Part shown: positions 25,635 through 37,156 of the stretch, piece after piece
How positions within the stretch are numbered: position 1 is the first letter of the stretch
How the letters are laid out: the number at the start of each line of letters is the position of its first letter
Origin: Balanoglossus misakiensis
Lineage: Eukaryota > Animalia > Hemichordata
DNA length: 64,000 nt
Direction: 5' to 3'
Assembly: GCA_040954595.2 (NCBI GenBank)
Contig: CM082581.2
Span: 2,100,699 to 2,164,698, forward strand
The notes under the pieces: model-generated
Seen by the model: the letters and a program-made list of their open reading frames with translations, nothing else
Database searches by the model: none
Told to the model about the DNA's origin: nothing
Translations under genes and position numbers: made by a program

Positions 25635-27902
25635 GACTGAAAAAAAAACATTCATTCCATTGAACATGAGCAGTTATCAAAAATTATCATAGAGATCACG
25701 GTCACCTTTTTAGTACTAGTGTACAATCTGACAGTTTTATATTCACAGTCCCTTCGAAACTTTTATTCAGTACTGAAAATGCACACCACAATATCACATT
25801 ATGGCATAATGCCACCTTGAGACTAAATAGTACCACAAATTATAGTTTTATTTACTGTATATCGACTTTTATTTTTTTTTCGCTGAGTCGATCGAAGTAA
25901 CAGTTACACTAAAACCCAAGTAACCGTATCGCGTGCTCTTTTTCGGTCGCTCCAAAAAAAATTTTGAGATCGCAAAAATTGAAAGAAATTCACACTTTTT
26001 TTGCTATAATATCTCAGAAGCTAAACAAGAAGGTGCTTAAAATATGACTGAAAACAAAAATACAGCTGCGAATTCGAGAAATTCTTACCTTGAAAAGTTT
26101 TATCGGCGTCGCCACTTCCGTCAACAAACCGCTGAGCCTGTGTTTACGAGCTGTCATCAACTCATCAGGGGCGTACACCCAGTGGCCTCGCTTTGAGGTC
26201 AAATTCATGATAGCCACAAGAGGGCGCTAGACTTATGAAACCTGTGTATTATTTGACTGCATTGATTTCTTCATGTAAAAGGCCCGTCCTTAAAACAACC
26301 CATGAAAATATTCCCTCATGATCTTCTGATAAAATTTTCCGAATAATTACATATGGCAAGCCATCACACCTGATTATAACCCATTCCATATATGTACAAT
26401 AATCTCCACTGCCCTCGTCATGATTAAAATATTGTTTGATTTTTGCAAGTTTACCAATGTGATTAAGAATTTCTTTCACTGATTTGAAACAATTAGGATT
26501 TACAAAAATAGGAGACATAACATAAATATTTGCTTTATTTGCTTGTTTTGGGGGCTTTTTAACAATTCTGGAAGTTTACTTTCCCATGTGAGCAACCTTT
26601 ACTTCACCAACACACTCATGCAAAATGGTTCCCTTCGAATGCCACAACCTCGACACTTAGCAATTCTCGATTTGCCCTTCGTGTGGGTGAAACCACACTT
26701 GGGGCAAATCTCGACGCTGTCAGTCTGTTGTTTTTGTTGTAAGTATGTGTCAATAGAGTCAGTCTGTGGTGCATTTTCTACATTGATAGTGGCTACAGAA
26801 GATAAAATTAAATCATCAACATAAGAAGCAATGGACTCTTTGACAACTGAATCAAACTCATCATACTTGCTGCCCTCTGTATTGGAAACATCTGTCTCTG
26901 AAACCTTCTGCCACTGACTTGGCTTCAACCCAGAATCATATTGCAGTGATGATTCTGGGTCCAGCTGAGAAGCAATAATGTTAGTAAAATATCCAAAGTA
27001 ACTGAATTACCATTTCTGTTAATGTAATTTTTAGAAAGATGTTGTTCATTATCAAAAGAAAATTCAACTCACCCCTCAGGTGCATCTGGAAAATCAAAAT
27101 TACCTTTGAAAAGAATATTGTTAATGACATCATAACATGGGCCTGCTGTTACGTGGCCCATGAGATCAACTGCCAGGCGACTTCTGGTCAAACTAAATAA
27201 AATAACTTGAATTGCAGAAATAAAACTACTCACAAACTTAGGATTCCTGGCAGTATAAAGGAGTTCAACAGCATGGGCAAGATATTGAGTGTTATTTTGG
27301 ATTCCAGTATTTGGCATACAAATCTCCTCAAGAAGGAAACCAAGACAAGATTCCATTATGACAATAGATTAGGTAAATCTATGTCTGATAAATTTTGAAC
27401 AGACTACCTGTCTTGGTTTTGGCAGAGGAGATCTGCATGCCTGTAAATTTCTAAATTTTCTAATTTCCCAATTTCCCTTACAGCTTCCACCCTCTCTTCC
27501 CTTGTATTAACCTCCCCCCGATTTCCCTTTTCAGTCTCTCAATTTCTTCCTCCAACTCTTTTATTTTCTCTTTGTCCTGAAAATAAAATAAAATACACAT
27601 GTTATTCAGAAATGCCATTTTGATCATTTCAAGGCCCAAACTGACAGCATTTTCTTTGCATTGATTGTAGACCATTTCAATTACCTTGCTTCTGTCTTTC
27701 TCTTCGCCAGTCTTCTTTTGATTTTTTTTCATGTTCACACTCCTGAAATAAATGCAACAGTTTTAAAACATTAAATTATTATTCGCTCATGTAAGTAAGA
27801 CCAGTAGAACAATTTTAATTAATTCTGAATAGAAAAAAATTGTTACTGACAACTGGACAAAAAACTACTTAATCTGTAGTGTATTATTTGAACATGATTA
27901 CC

Positions 27903-28052
27903 TTTATTTTATTTTCATCCAAATCAAGTCACAACAAACTGTCCTTGTAACTTTTATACTCATGTGTATCACTACAATTTCATTTAATCTCTATATTATA
28001 AAAGTTACAAGGAGAGTTTGTTGTGACTTGATTTGGATGAAAATAAAATAAA
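27903..28052. repeat. Near-perfect inverted repeat, ~56 bp arms and ~38 bp spacer
   Basis: tttattttattttcatccaaatcaagtcacaacaaactgtccttgtaacttttata, with its reverse complement at 27997-28052 (one mismatch). Confidence 0.92.
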
Positions 28053-28055
28053 CAT

Positions 28056-28333
28056 CTTCGACAAAGCTTCAAAAATTAAGCTTGTTTAAAGGTTTGTTTA
28101 GTAAAGCATTGTTGATTTTTTTTCACCAAGCTTTGAAGACGCTTGGCCAAAGATTGGAATTATAAGGTTTCTCAAAGGTCAGTACAGCTTAGGTTCAACT
28201 AAGGCTAGTAATAAGAAGCTTCAGCGAAGGTTGGCACACGACACGACCCCTTCAGCAAAGGTCGGCACGCAAACTCTTGTAGCAAGCTTCAGCACAAAGC
28301 TTTTTGCAACATTGTTCCAAGCTTTGTCCAAGG
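28056..28333. mobile_element. Possible small MITE rich in AAGCTT-like subrepeats
   Basis: Ends cttcgacaaagctt / aagctttgtccaag. Many internal aagctt/aaggtt motifs. TSD unclear. Confidence 0.4.
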
Positions 28334-28606
28334 TACTGCACAATCGCGTGTGTAGAAGGTGCCAAATACAGGCGTTGCATGTATGATAAGGCTGGGCAAA
28401 TTCAAAATTATGTTTGACGTCAGCGTGCGCCTAGGTTTACGAGAAATTTCGCAAATACAAACAAATATGCAAATGAGGTCAAACGGGGTCATTGATGTCA
28501 TATGTCTGTTCGTCTCACTATGTCCTCCTATCGACCGTGGTTGTTGCATGACGAGAACGTGTCGTCTGTAGGTTTCAAAGTCGCCTGTGGGTAAAATTGG
28601 AGAAAG

Positions 28607-30000
28607 ATGGCAAAAGATGTTCATAAAACGAGAGTACGCGAAATTATAAGTTGCACAGTTACACAGAACAAGAAGGTGGCAATAGATTGGTATGCCTTCG
28701 AAGTCAGTCCAAATGACAGCTTCGCTGCGCTGTACAAAGGGCTAGTTCTCCTTAGTCAGACTAAACACGATCGGTTCAAAACAAAAATTGCAAAAGATGG
28801 CAGAACGTCTTGTTACCTGTTACAGTCGGAAAAATGTGGTGAAGGTGAGAAGATAGAGGTGTGTCCACGATTGTCTATCGCAAAAACGTGTGATCGGTTC
28901 CACAAGTATTACATTCTTTTTGATGTAAAATCAAAAGGAGACGAAAATACCAACGCTGACGTAGTGCAAACTCAGAAAGATGTTAATAGACCAGTCAGAA
29001 TTATGGAGGTACCTCCATGGTCAGAATGAAAGGTGATTTCAAGGCTGTCCATGTGATCCAAGGTTAGTAAAACATTATTTTATTTACAATTTTGTTGTAT
29101 GTCAGTGAATAAATGTTGTGTATGACCATACTGCAGCCCAGAACAAGTTGTCTGAGCCAATTTTTTGCATTCCACATATAGACTGAAAACAAATTTGCTA
29201 AAATAAATTTTGTTTGAGTAGAATTACAAACTCTGATTTTTGTATCATTTAGTAGCACAGAACTTGGCACTATTCTGTTATAACTCTACAGCTTTGCCTT
29301 CTGTAGTGTTGGCCTAAGTAAGTACAGTTTATGCTGTAGTACCTGTAAAGTCATGTAAACATCCATTTAATTTATACTTTTTTCTTTGCAAAAGATCCTG
29401 TTCCGGATGAAAGTGGGGACCACTTTGAAAGGTTTACAGAAGTCCAAGGCAGACCAACACGTGAAATTAATTGCCCCAGCAGAAAGGGACTGGTACTTGA
29501 TGCAGAAAACACCAACTTCAGGCTGAGTGGTGAAAAGTTGGAGCTGTGGACTGGTGCCCTGCATAGATTGCAAAAAGCCCGGGTATGGTAAAGCATTGTA
29601 TACAGTACTATATTGGACATTTTAATATCCATTGTAAATTGGATATTCCTTTCTCATTTGTCAATTTACCACACTGCAAGCCATACAATGTAGTAAATAA
29701 TGTGTATTGTGAAAAAGTGAAGAGAAAGGGACTGAACCTCGTACACTGAGACATTAACAGTGTCTTGTTATGTGTTTTCTATGTATATGTACATGTATAT
29801 TAAAAAATTAATACAACTAAGACTTCTCTGTTTTTTATTTCTCTTTGATAGGTGTATTTATCTGCAAAGAGGCTTGATTCACAGCAAAAAAAACAGCAAC
29901 TTCAGGTATTCCTAGATGATGGTCTTTATACCTGTGGCGGGGTACTAGTAAAACCAAGTCATCCTCTCTATGGAACGTGTGTTGTGAGCCAGAATCAGAG
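28607..30000 (+). pseudogene. Internally deleted transposase-like gene remnant with a Zator-like C-terminus
   Basis: 140 aa ORF, then DPVPDESGDHFERFTEVQGRPTREINCPS, CIDC.(K)PR|CIY and FLDDGLYTCGG..HPLYGTCVV across an intron and frameshifts. Confidence 0.45.
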
Positions 30001-30599
30001 TTAAATTTGTTAAATTTTCAACTGTTAAATTTTCAACAGTTCCACTTCGCCAGAAAATGTTGTGTTTTGACTGTTTTCATGAGCAAGTTGTACAGAACTG
30101 ATGGACTTCATCAAATGGAAATTGTGACTGTCAAAATGTTTGGCTGAAACTTTTTTCAATAAAATTGTTCAACTGATATATGCGTATGTGCATTAATATT
30201 GAATTTACTGTTTACTCAGTATCTTTGAACGTGACACTGTAAACGTCTGTGGAATAATTTAGATGTAAAATATGTTTAAAGTTTAAGGACAAGGGTTTTC
30301 TTCAATGGATATTTGCTTTCAATTTCTCATAATATCTCATTTGCATATTTTGGAATATATAATTAGTTTGTTTTGTTGACCACCCCCCCCCCCCCCCTCA
30401 TAGGTTTTGGGGTCTTGGGGTGACGTCAAACATAGTTTTGAATTTGCGCAGCCTAATAGAGAGGTTCGTCTACACGTTATATGCGAACGTGAACGCGCAA
30501 CGTCACGAATTTCTGTTATGACGTCATCAAGTTTTGTGTAAAGTTTGACGTTCACATAAAAGACCGTGTTTTTACATGGAGATAGATGTTTTCACGTTA

Positions 30600-30666
30600 G
30601 GCCAAAAAAAAAATAGTTTTGTTTAGCGTCCAAGCAAAATCTCAAAATTGATGCGGTGACGCGGCT

Positions 30667-30699
<33 letters not shown>

Positions 30700-31936
30700 C
30701 TTCTTCTGCGAAACAAGAACAGCAAATATTTCTTTTATAGTCCAAAATTAAGGGGGGATTTGGTCAAAGTAGGGGGTAATCATGATTTGCATAATTTATG
30801 ATAATTAGGTAAACATCAAGGAATGACAATTTTGAACATTAACTTACTAACTGCCTAATTCCATATTAAAAACAGCATAAGTAAATTACAACATTTTACA
30901 TGTGAACTTGACAACATATTAACAGTTACAGTTTTTTCTACTTTAAATTAGTAGATTTTGCAGAGGAAGACAACAGCTTGCATAACTTTCAGGGCATGTA
31001 ATTTAAAAAATGCTGGCGAGCTGAAAATAACTCTCCTGAAATTAATTACACAAGTGGTAGGAGAGTGACTGATTAACTGCTCCCCTGGCAAGTAGAGTGA
31101 AATGAATAAAATAAATGCAACTGCAAAAACAATAGTGTCTTTCTTTAATTTTATACCTGAGAAAAAAATTTCTTGTTTGATTTTAAAAGTTTCAGTTTTA
31201 TAGCTGCCAAAATATTAGATTGTGAAACCATTAATAGTTAAATAAATTGAAGTGGTATATATTCCTTCAGATTTCTGCCTACACTTCCCCATCTGTGGCT
31301 AGGCACACTACTCAAATAAACAGTCTCTGTACATATTGAATGACTTTCCTTCCTAAGTAAGAAAACAAGGTCATGGAAAACTGATACATTCTTCAAATCG
31401 CCATGGCAGGAACGCAGTTTCTTTAATTTGCATAAAATTGTTACATTCTGCCAACCCAATTTCAAAAGTCGCCATAACAACAAGTTCACTTGAGTGCAGA
31501 GTGTGTGCTCTAAATTTAGATGGATCCAGATAGGCTGTTCCAACAATTGCACACTATAGCCCTGGAGCTAAATAACACGCAATTGAATGTGAAAGTCATC
31601 TACAACATAGTTTTGGGGGGTGGGAAGTTAAAATGTATAGGCCAGCACGCAGTAATATCGGCCGTTTTCCCAGTGTTTTGACTGACGGTGTCTACTATGG
31701 AGGCTTGGACGCGCATGTACTGGCTGGGTGGGCTGCTCACGAAGGGGCGATTGTCGCCCCCTGAACTTGTTACAAGGGGCGCTTCAAGTGTAAAAGAGGG
31801 GGAATCGCGTGATCGCACGTCCTGGAGAAAACACAGTTGATTTCCGGGTTCGAAAATTACGAAAAAAAAGCCTCGACGCGCATGTTTAAAAGTGACGCGC
31901 GCGAGGACGCTAAACAAAACTCTTTTTTTTTTGGCC
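30600..31936. mobile_element. Non-autonomous Zator-type element, TTA TSD
   Basis: TIRs ggccaaaaaaaaaatagttttgtttagcgtcc / ggacgctaaacaaaactctttttttttggcc. TTA at 30597-30599 and 31937-31939. Confidence 0.88.
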
Positions 31937-32266
31937 TTAGTTGCGAACGTGAAAAGTTATTCTCATTTTGGGCAACAAAAATTCATATTATCTACGAAAT
32001 ATGTGTATGCCTTGTTAGCTTGAAATCTCATAATGACAAACGAAAACGCATTTATTTCTTTTTAGTCATTTTATGTGAAATGTGGTCATCAATTTGTAAT
32101 GTCGCCCGACAGTTGAATCCCTAGTTGCAGTGCAGCGACGCGGAATAATGATGTACACGCTCAAAATTCGAATACAGAGTGCGCGTTCCACACAAACAGA
32201 CGTTGACGTAAAGCCAAATTCTTTTCCATAGAGAGGTTTAGTTACACGTAAATACGCGTACGTCTG

Positions 32267-34252
32267 ATGGCAGGCAGTGGCGTTCGCGTATGCGTAGTGA
32301 CGCGTGAATTTTGCAGTTTAGTTGTCCGTTTTGAACAGCTCGTCTCCGATCTTCTCGACAACAATGTGTTTTACTACTCAGATAATGAAACAGCACGGCA
32401 ACAAATCCTGTATGTGGTGGGACGTTTATCAACAAGACGCAAATGGTCCAAATCCTCAAGGTCAAAACGAAACGACAACAACACCGGTGCCGCCAATAAC
32501 ACCAAGTCACGCGAACGGCAGCAGTAACAACAACAATGACATCAACGACAGGTACGGAAATTGTCAAGTTTCAAATGAAGAAATGGTTGATTTCGTTAGG
32601 CACCAAATCCCAAAGAACATAATCAGAAAACACCGAACTGACATAAACCAGCTTCAAACTTGGCTTAATTTGACCCAGTCAGAGTATCGTGAAGTCCATC
32701 TTATCCCACCACACGAACTGGACAACTACTGAGCAAATACCAGAAAACGAGATTGAACTGAATATGTAGCCCGGAGACCAGGGCGTCGAAAAGAAACGCC
32801 CGGTGACAGTCTCTATTTACGCACAGAATTTTGTGCGCAGAACGACACGGGCGGTAAATCTTGCATGTAAGCTAATTGGTCACTCAATGTAAACCAAATG
32901 ACATCATCGCATTCTAAATAAGAAAATATATAAAATAATAATTCCCGCGATGGGATGTGGGAGTGGTTTTGAAGGAGTATGAATATTCATAACCAAGCTT
33001 TGTTAATTATATCATCCAACCACTGGCGCCCGTCAACATTTGATAGATCACTCGTTATCCATTCGTTACTAAGCGACCCTGATCGTAGCCGGGGCTACTA
33101 TCTTTCAGCTCAGCATGACATTGCTCGACTGTTGTATTTTAGATCGACGCCCTGGTCTCCGGGCTACTGAATATGAGCCAGCGACAATGCACAGTTTCCT
33201 GAATTCAATCGACCGACTATTACGTGAAAATAAATATCAGTGGAATATTAAAACGGATGCTCTTTTCGAGGGCGCTAGACGAGTCTTCGCTGCTAAAAGA
33301 AGAACCTAAAAGCTATGGGCTAGGGCAACGCACCCAATAAAACCGAGCCACTAACTGCCGACGACGTCGATGCACTTTACAATACTGGACAGCTTGGTAT
33401 GCATCGCCCAGCAGCACTTCAGAATACCGTGTGGTGGTTTCTAACAACCCAGTTCGGCCTACACCATGGAACTGGGTGATATTGTCGAGGGCACCGAAGT
33501 CATCGATGGCGATATCGTGAAATATATCGAATACAACATCGAGAGACAGACAATAACAAGACAAGGAGAAAACCCACGAAACACGAGAAAAATAAAGCCC
33601 AGAATGTACGAAAATAAATCAAACCCAGAACTGTGTCCGGTTGCAGCTTTTAAGAAGTTTACCGAAATGCGTCCAACGTCAATGATGGCTGCCGTTAGTC
33701 CAGTTTACCTCGCCGTAAATCACAAATACAATGCATCTGACGAGAACAACTGGTACAAGAATCAGCGACTGGGCATCAACTCCCTCAGAGGCCTGATGAA
33801 AACTATGGCACAAGCGGCGAATCTTAGCAGTAAGAAAACGAACCATTCAGCTCGGACGACCCTAGTTACAGAACTGAACAACGTGGATGTACCCTCGACT
33901 CATATCATGCAACGGACAGCACACAAGAACGTCAACAGCATCACTCACTACGCCACAGTGTCACAGAAACAACAGCTAAAAATGTCCTCCATCATGAGCA
34001 ACATGAAATCGGCCCCATCGTCAACTAGGCCTAACCCGCAAACGGACACAACAACTGCACAGTCATCAGATGACACCCGTAATGTTCATTCAAGTTCACT
34101 GTTTGGCCCTGGTCAAACGATAACGGGCGGTACATTCACTTCAGTATAAATATCAACCAGCCACTGAGATCAAACATGGGCGACAACGCATCACAATATA
34201 AGCCAATAAGAAAACGGATTTATGTTATAGATTCGGACAGTGACTCTGAGTG
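32267..34252 (+). pseudogene. Crypton-type tyrosine recombinase (DUF3504; ZMYM/KIAA1958/QRICH1-related), disrupted
   Basis: IPPHELDNY, EYEPATMHSF..SIDRLLRE, GNAPNKTEPLT, CPVAAFKKF..MRP, WYKNQRLGINSL, and catalytic TNHSAR...IMQRTAHKN..S..HY. Acidic KRIYVIDSDSDSE tail. Stops, frameshifts and a MITE insertion. Confidence 0.9.
32767..33166. mobile_element. 400 bp MITE, TAG..CTA termini, 9-bp TSD (AcademH-like)
   Basis: Perfect 23 bp TIR tagcccggagaccagggcgtcga. ctgaatatg at 32758-32766 and 33167-33175. Confidence 0.9.
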
Positions 34253-34368
34253 TTAAATGTTGAGTGAACTGAGTTTCATATTTAGGGGTTGCCTGTTCAA
34301 GTGTTCACACTATATTTCATATTAAAGCTAGGACTGTTATGTTTGTAAGTTCAGTATTTCGCCGTTAA

Positions 34369-34500
34369 GGGCCTGGTCAGAATTAACAGGGGGGAAGGCC
34401 GGTGCGATTGGGGGGAGGGTCACCATTTCTCATGCAACGGTTTGGGGGAGGGCCGCTACATTTTGGGCACTTGTCAAGGGGAGGGTCACTAATTTTTGTG
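34369..34500. mobile_element. Probable left terminus of the large Zator-like element
   Basis: TAA|gggcctggtcagaattaacagggggg followed by G-rich subterminal repeats ggggagggtcac/ggggagggccgc (x3), similar in style to the 7914 MITE. The partner end is not in the window. Confidence 0.55.
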
Positions 34501-34791
34501 CAAGGATGACACCGAAAATGTTTCAAAATTTGAAGTGTTACAGAGAAATACTGAAAAGAGACTTGCGCTCATAGGCACTCATGTATGGATATATTGACAT
34601 CCCTTGTACTACAAAATACACCACACAACTCACAAAACATACACATGTACCAGTATGTGATCTTAAATATGAATATATGAATACAAATCTTTAATCAGAA
34701 CAAACACAATCATAAAAGAACTTATGTAAGAAATGTACTTTTCGCAAAAATAACTTAATACATAAATATACAGTTTTTTATGAAAAGGTGA

Positions 34792-34945
34792 CGTCCGAGT
34801 CCATTTGTATGTGGCAGAGATTATTGATGCTTTCTGCATATTGTCATTGTGACGACTGCGCTGGGGTGTCCCCATCTTGCTCTTACAATGTGACAACATG
34901 CAGAATGCCTCAATAATCTCTGCCAAATAAAAATGGACTCGGACG
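34792..34945. repeat. Imperfect inverted repeat (~60 bp arms) downstream of the SAM gene stop
   Basis: cgtccgagtccatttgtatgtggcagagattattgatgc... pairs with ...gcctcaataatctctgccaaataaaaatggactcggacg. Confidence 0.88.
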
Positions 34946-35046
34946 CTGCCACCTAGCCAATAATAAGACACTTCGGTTTATTTATACTAGTATGCTGTCA
35001 CCGCTATTAAAGTACTGTTACTGCTACTACTGTAAAACAATGCATT

Positions 35047-36915
35047 CTACCCATCCCCTTGATGGTCACCACTCCCCTCCTCTTCCTTTTCCTCATCCAC
35101 CCTCCCCTCATCATCATCATCATCATCGTTGTCATCATTATCATCATCAGCATCACAGCTGTTGTAGTCATTGTCACTGTGAAAGTTTATGGCCCAGTCT
35201 TTGTGGGACAAGCAATATGCGATTAAATCAAATGCACCATTTGTGATTTTGCTTTCTCTTTTCAGTAATTTTATGTATTTCACATCTCTTAGATATAGTC
35301 TTCCGACACCTTCAAAATGAATTTTGTCATCTGTGATGACAGAATTATGTATGTCACATGATGGGGCAATAATACTAGCTACTCTTCTTTTGCCAGCATT
35401 ATCTCTGTTTTCTCTACGTTTCTTAGCTAGCCTCCTATTTGGTTTCTTTTTACGTTTAATACTTGTGTGCTTCATGTAATGAAAAGAAAACATTTCATGT
35501 ACTTTCTGCTTCCTGTGCTTCAACTTTATTTCTAACTCTTCAATTTGCTTATTCAACTCTTCAATTAAAGTTAAACATTTGGTGTTGAAATGGACGGCAC
35601 ACTCGTGGCCAGATTTTATTTTTCCATTTTTTGTATAGCATTGCTGGGTATCAGAAAGAAGTTTATCTTTCTCTTGTTGAAGAGATGTTTTGATTTCTCC
35701 AACTTTATGTTCATTCTGTTCTATAATTCTGCTGTGATGAGGTTTTAAAATCTCAGAAGCAAGAACGACACCAAAAGCTGCTGGGTTGTTAGTGCTTGTC
35801 ACTTTCTCCACATCATTTTGGAAGCGCTCAAATTTCATTTCCAACTCGTATTGACGCCGTCCCTCTTCATGAAACTTCTTGCAGAAGTCTCTTGTGTTTT
35901 TGCTCCACTTAAAATTTGCTGAGTAAAAGTCTGGTAAGACCCGGTTCATGAAGACTGCCCGCTTTGTTTTACCATTAGGAATATAACCATATTTAGGTTG
36001 CATCCACGGTTTCTGCTTGCTGCTCTCACCTGCACCTGACTTGGATTGGCTGGGTTGGAGAAATGACTCCTTGCTGGGAATTGGGTGTTTCAGAATGCTC
36101 CTTTTGAACCTATTGAGTCGCTTTATTTCAATAGACAGTCCTGAAATCAATAAAAATACGGATAAAAGGCTAAATGACTACATACAAGTTTACATGGGTA
36201 TTTTATGCACAAGGCAAAACATCAGTCAATATCCCAATACATGATATATGATATTTGATTTATGCATTATTACAGAAAAGCCAAATTTAATTCTTAATTG
36301 TTGTCTATCAAACGAGTATAAAAGTGTAGAAGCAGCCTGCATTTATTTCTAATATCTGTTGATGCAATTTTCAGGGATATAAATTTGAAAGAAATGGTCA
36401 TCTCTACACATTGCCACTAGCTATTGCACCTGTGATTCAGAGCACTTTTTTCCATAAAAAAAATGTACAACTAAGAATAGATGCATTTTTTTAATCGGCA
36501 GATATTCTAGATCTAAGAGGTATATAACATTTTTCAAACTGGGTAGAAATATTGTTTATATTAAACCCCAGCTACAATTTCATCTGAGTTTTAAACACTA
36601 AAAGCTATCGTAGACGTTACGGTAGGTGTCAAAATTAAAGTTCCGGTCAAAGTTGCAGGGCGATGCATGAAAACACACACACTGCCTGTCTGATTACAGG
36701 CAGCGACTGACTCCGCAGCCGCAGACAGAGCTGAGATGAGATGAGATTCCACACTTACCAATATCTTTAAGGTCGTCGTCATCAACATCAACTAGATGCT
36801 TTGCTTTTTGAACACCGGCGTCTAAAAAATATTGCGTGTAATTGTGCAGGTCACACATTTGCAAGAAATCAGCAATGTTGCTCTCATCAGATGTTGGCTG
36901 CTCTTCCACTGCCAT
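35047..36915 (-). CDS. Two-exon gene (~416 aa): N-terminal SAM domain, coiled coil, basic NLS-like stretch, acidic tail
   Basis: Exon 1 36915-36759 (donor G|gtaagt) joins exon 2 36140-35047 (ttgatttcag|GA) in frame. The junction reads IADFLQMCDLHNYTQYFLDAGV...LVDVDDDDLKDIG-LSIEIKRL, a SAM consensus. Confidence 0.75.
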
Positions 36916-37156
36916 GATGACACTATGGAGGTACACGTGTGTAGAATGTTATGATGGGAAGTTCACCTCTTTTCTGAAAGCTCAAGATTTTAAAAAAAAT
37001 ATTTCACAAAACGAAAATTAAATTACATTTCAGTGATAAAAAATCACATAATACTGATTTTAATGCAAAAATGCCACCTTTGGTGTGAATGTACCAAGCG
37101 CGCGATAAATTCCCGCGATAAATACACACGTGACCTTTTTACTGTTCAAAATCAAA

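Larger units (their letters stand above)
21139..26246. mobile_element. Apparently intact autonomous ISL2EU/IS4EU-type (PIF/Harbinger-related) DNA transposon, ~5.1 kb
   Basis: ~295 bp highly similar TIRs (21139-21433 / ~25943-26246) with a weaker extension (cgatcgactcagcgaaaaaaaa). 2-bp TSD is either TA (CAC..GTG ends) or AT (ACAC..GTGT ends). Two convergent uninterrupted genes. Confidence 0.93.
20200..27740 (-). pseudogene. Decayed Academ-like (DUF6589-like) transposase gene, interrupted by the 21139-26246 transposon
   Basis: Ordered motifs: FSFDNEQ (~27050), CPKC..CRGC, IRCDGLPY...WVVLRTGLLHEEIN (26249-26400), then beyond the insertion DFAISQGF...CSDHH, LWHGRNHPTY, HQGADAVLEE. Multiple stops and frameshifts. 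The family call is by motif memory. Confidence 0.6.

Noticed and set aside
26014-26217. 67 aa ORF in the right TIR
   Set aside because: The left TIR copy has a stop (TAA at ~21240) in the same frame, and there is no domain similarity.
34992-35246. His/Cys-rich ORF on the plus strand
   Set aside because: Antisense shadow of the Asp/Glu-rich tail of the SAM gene.
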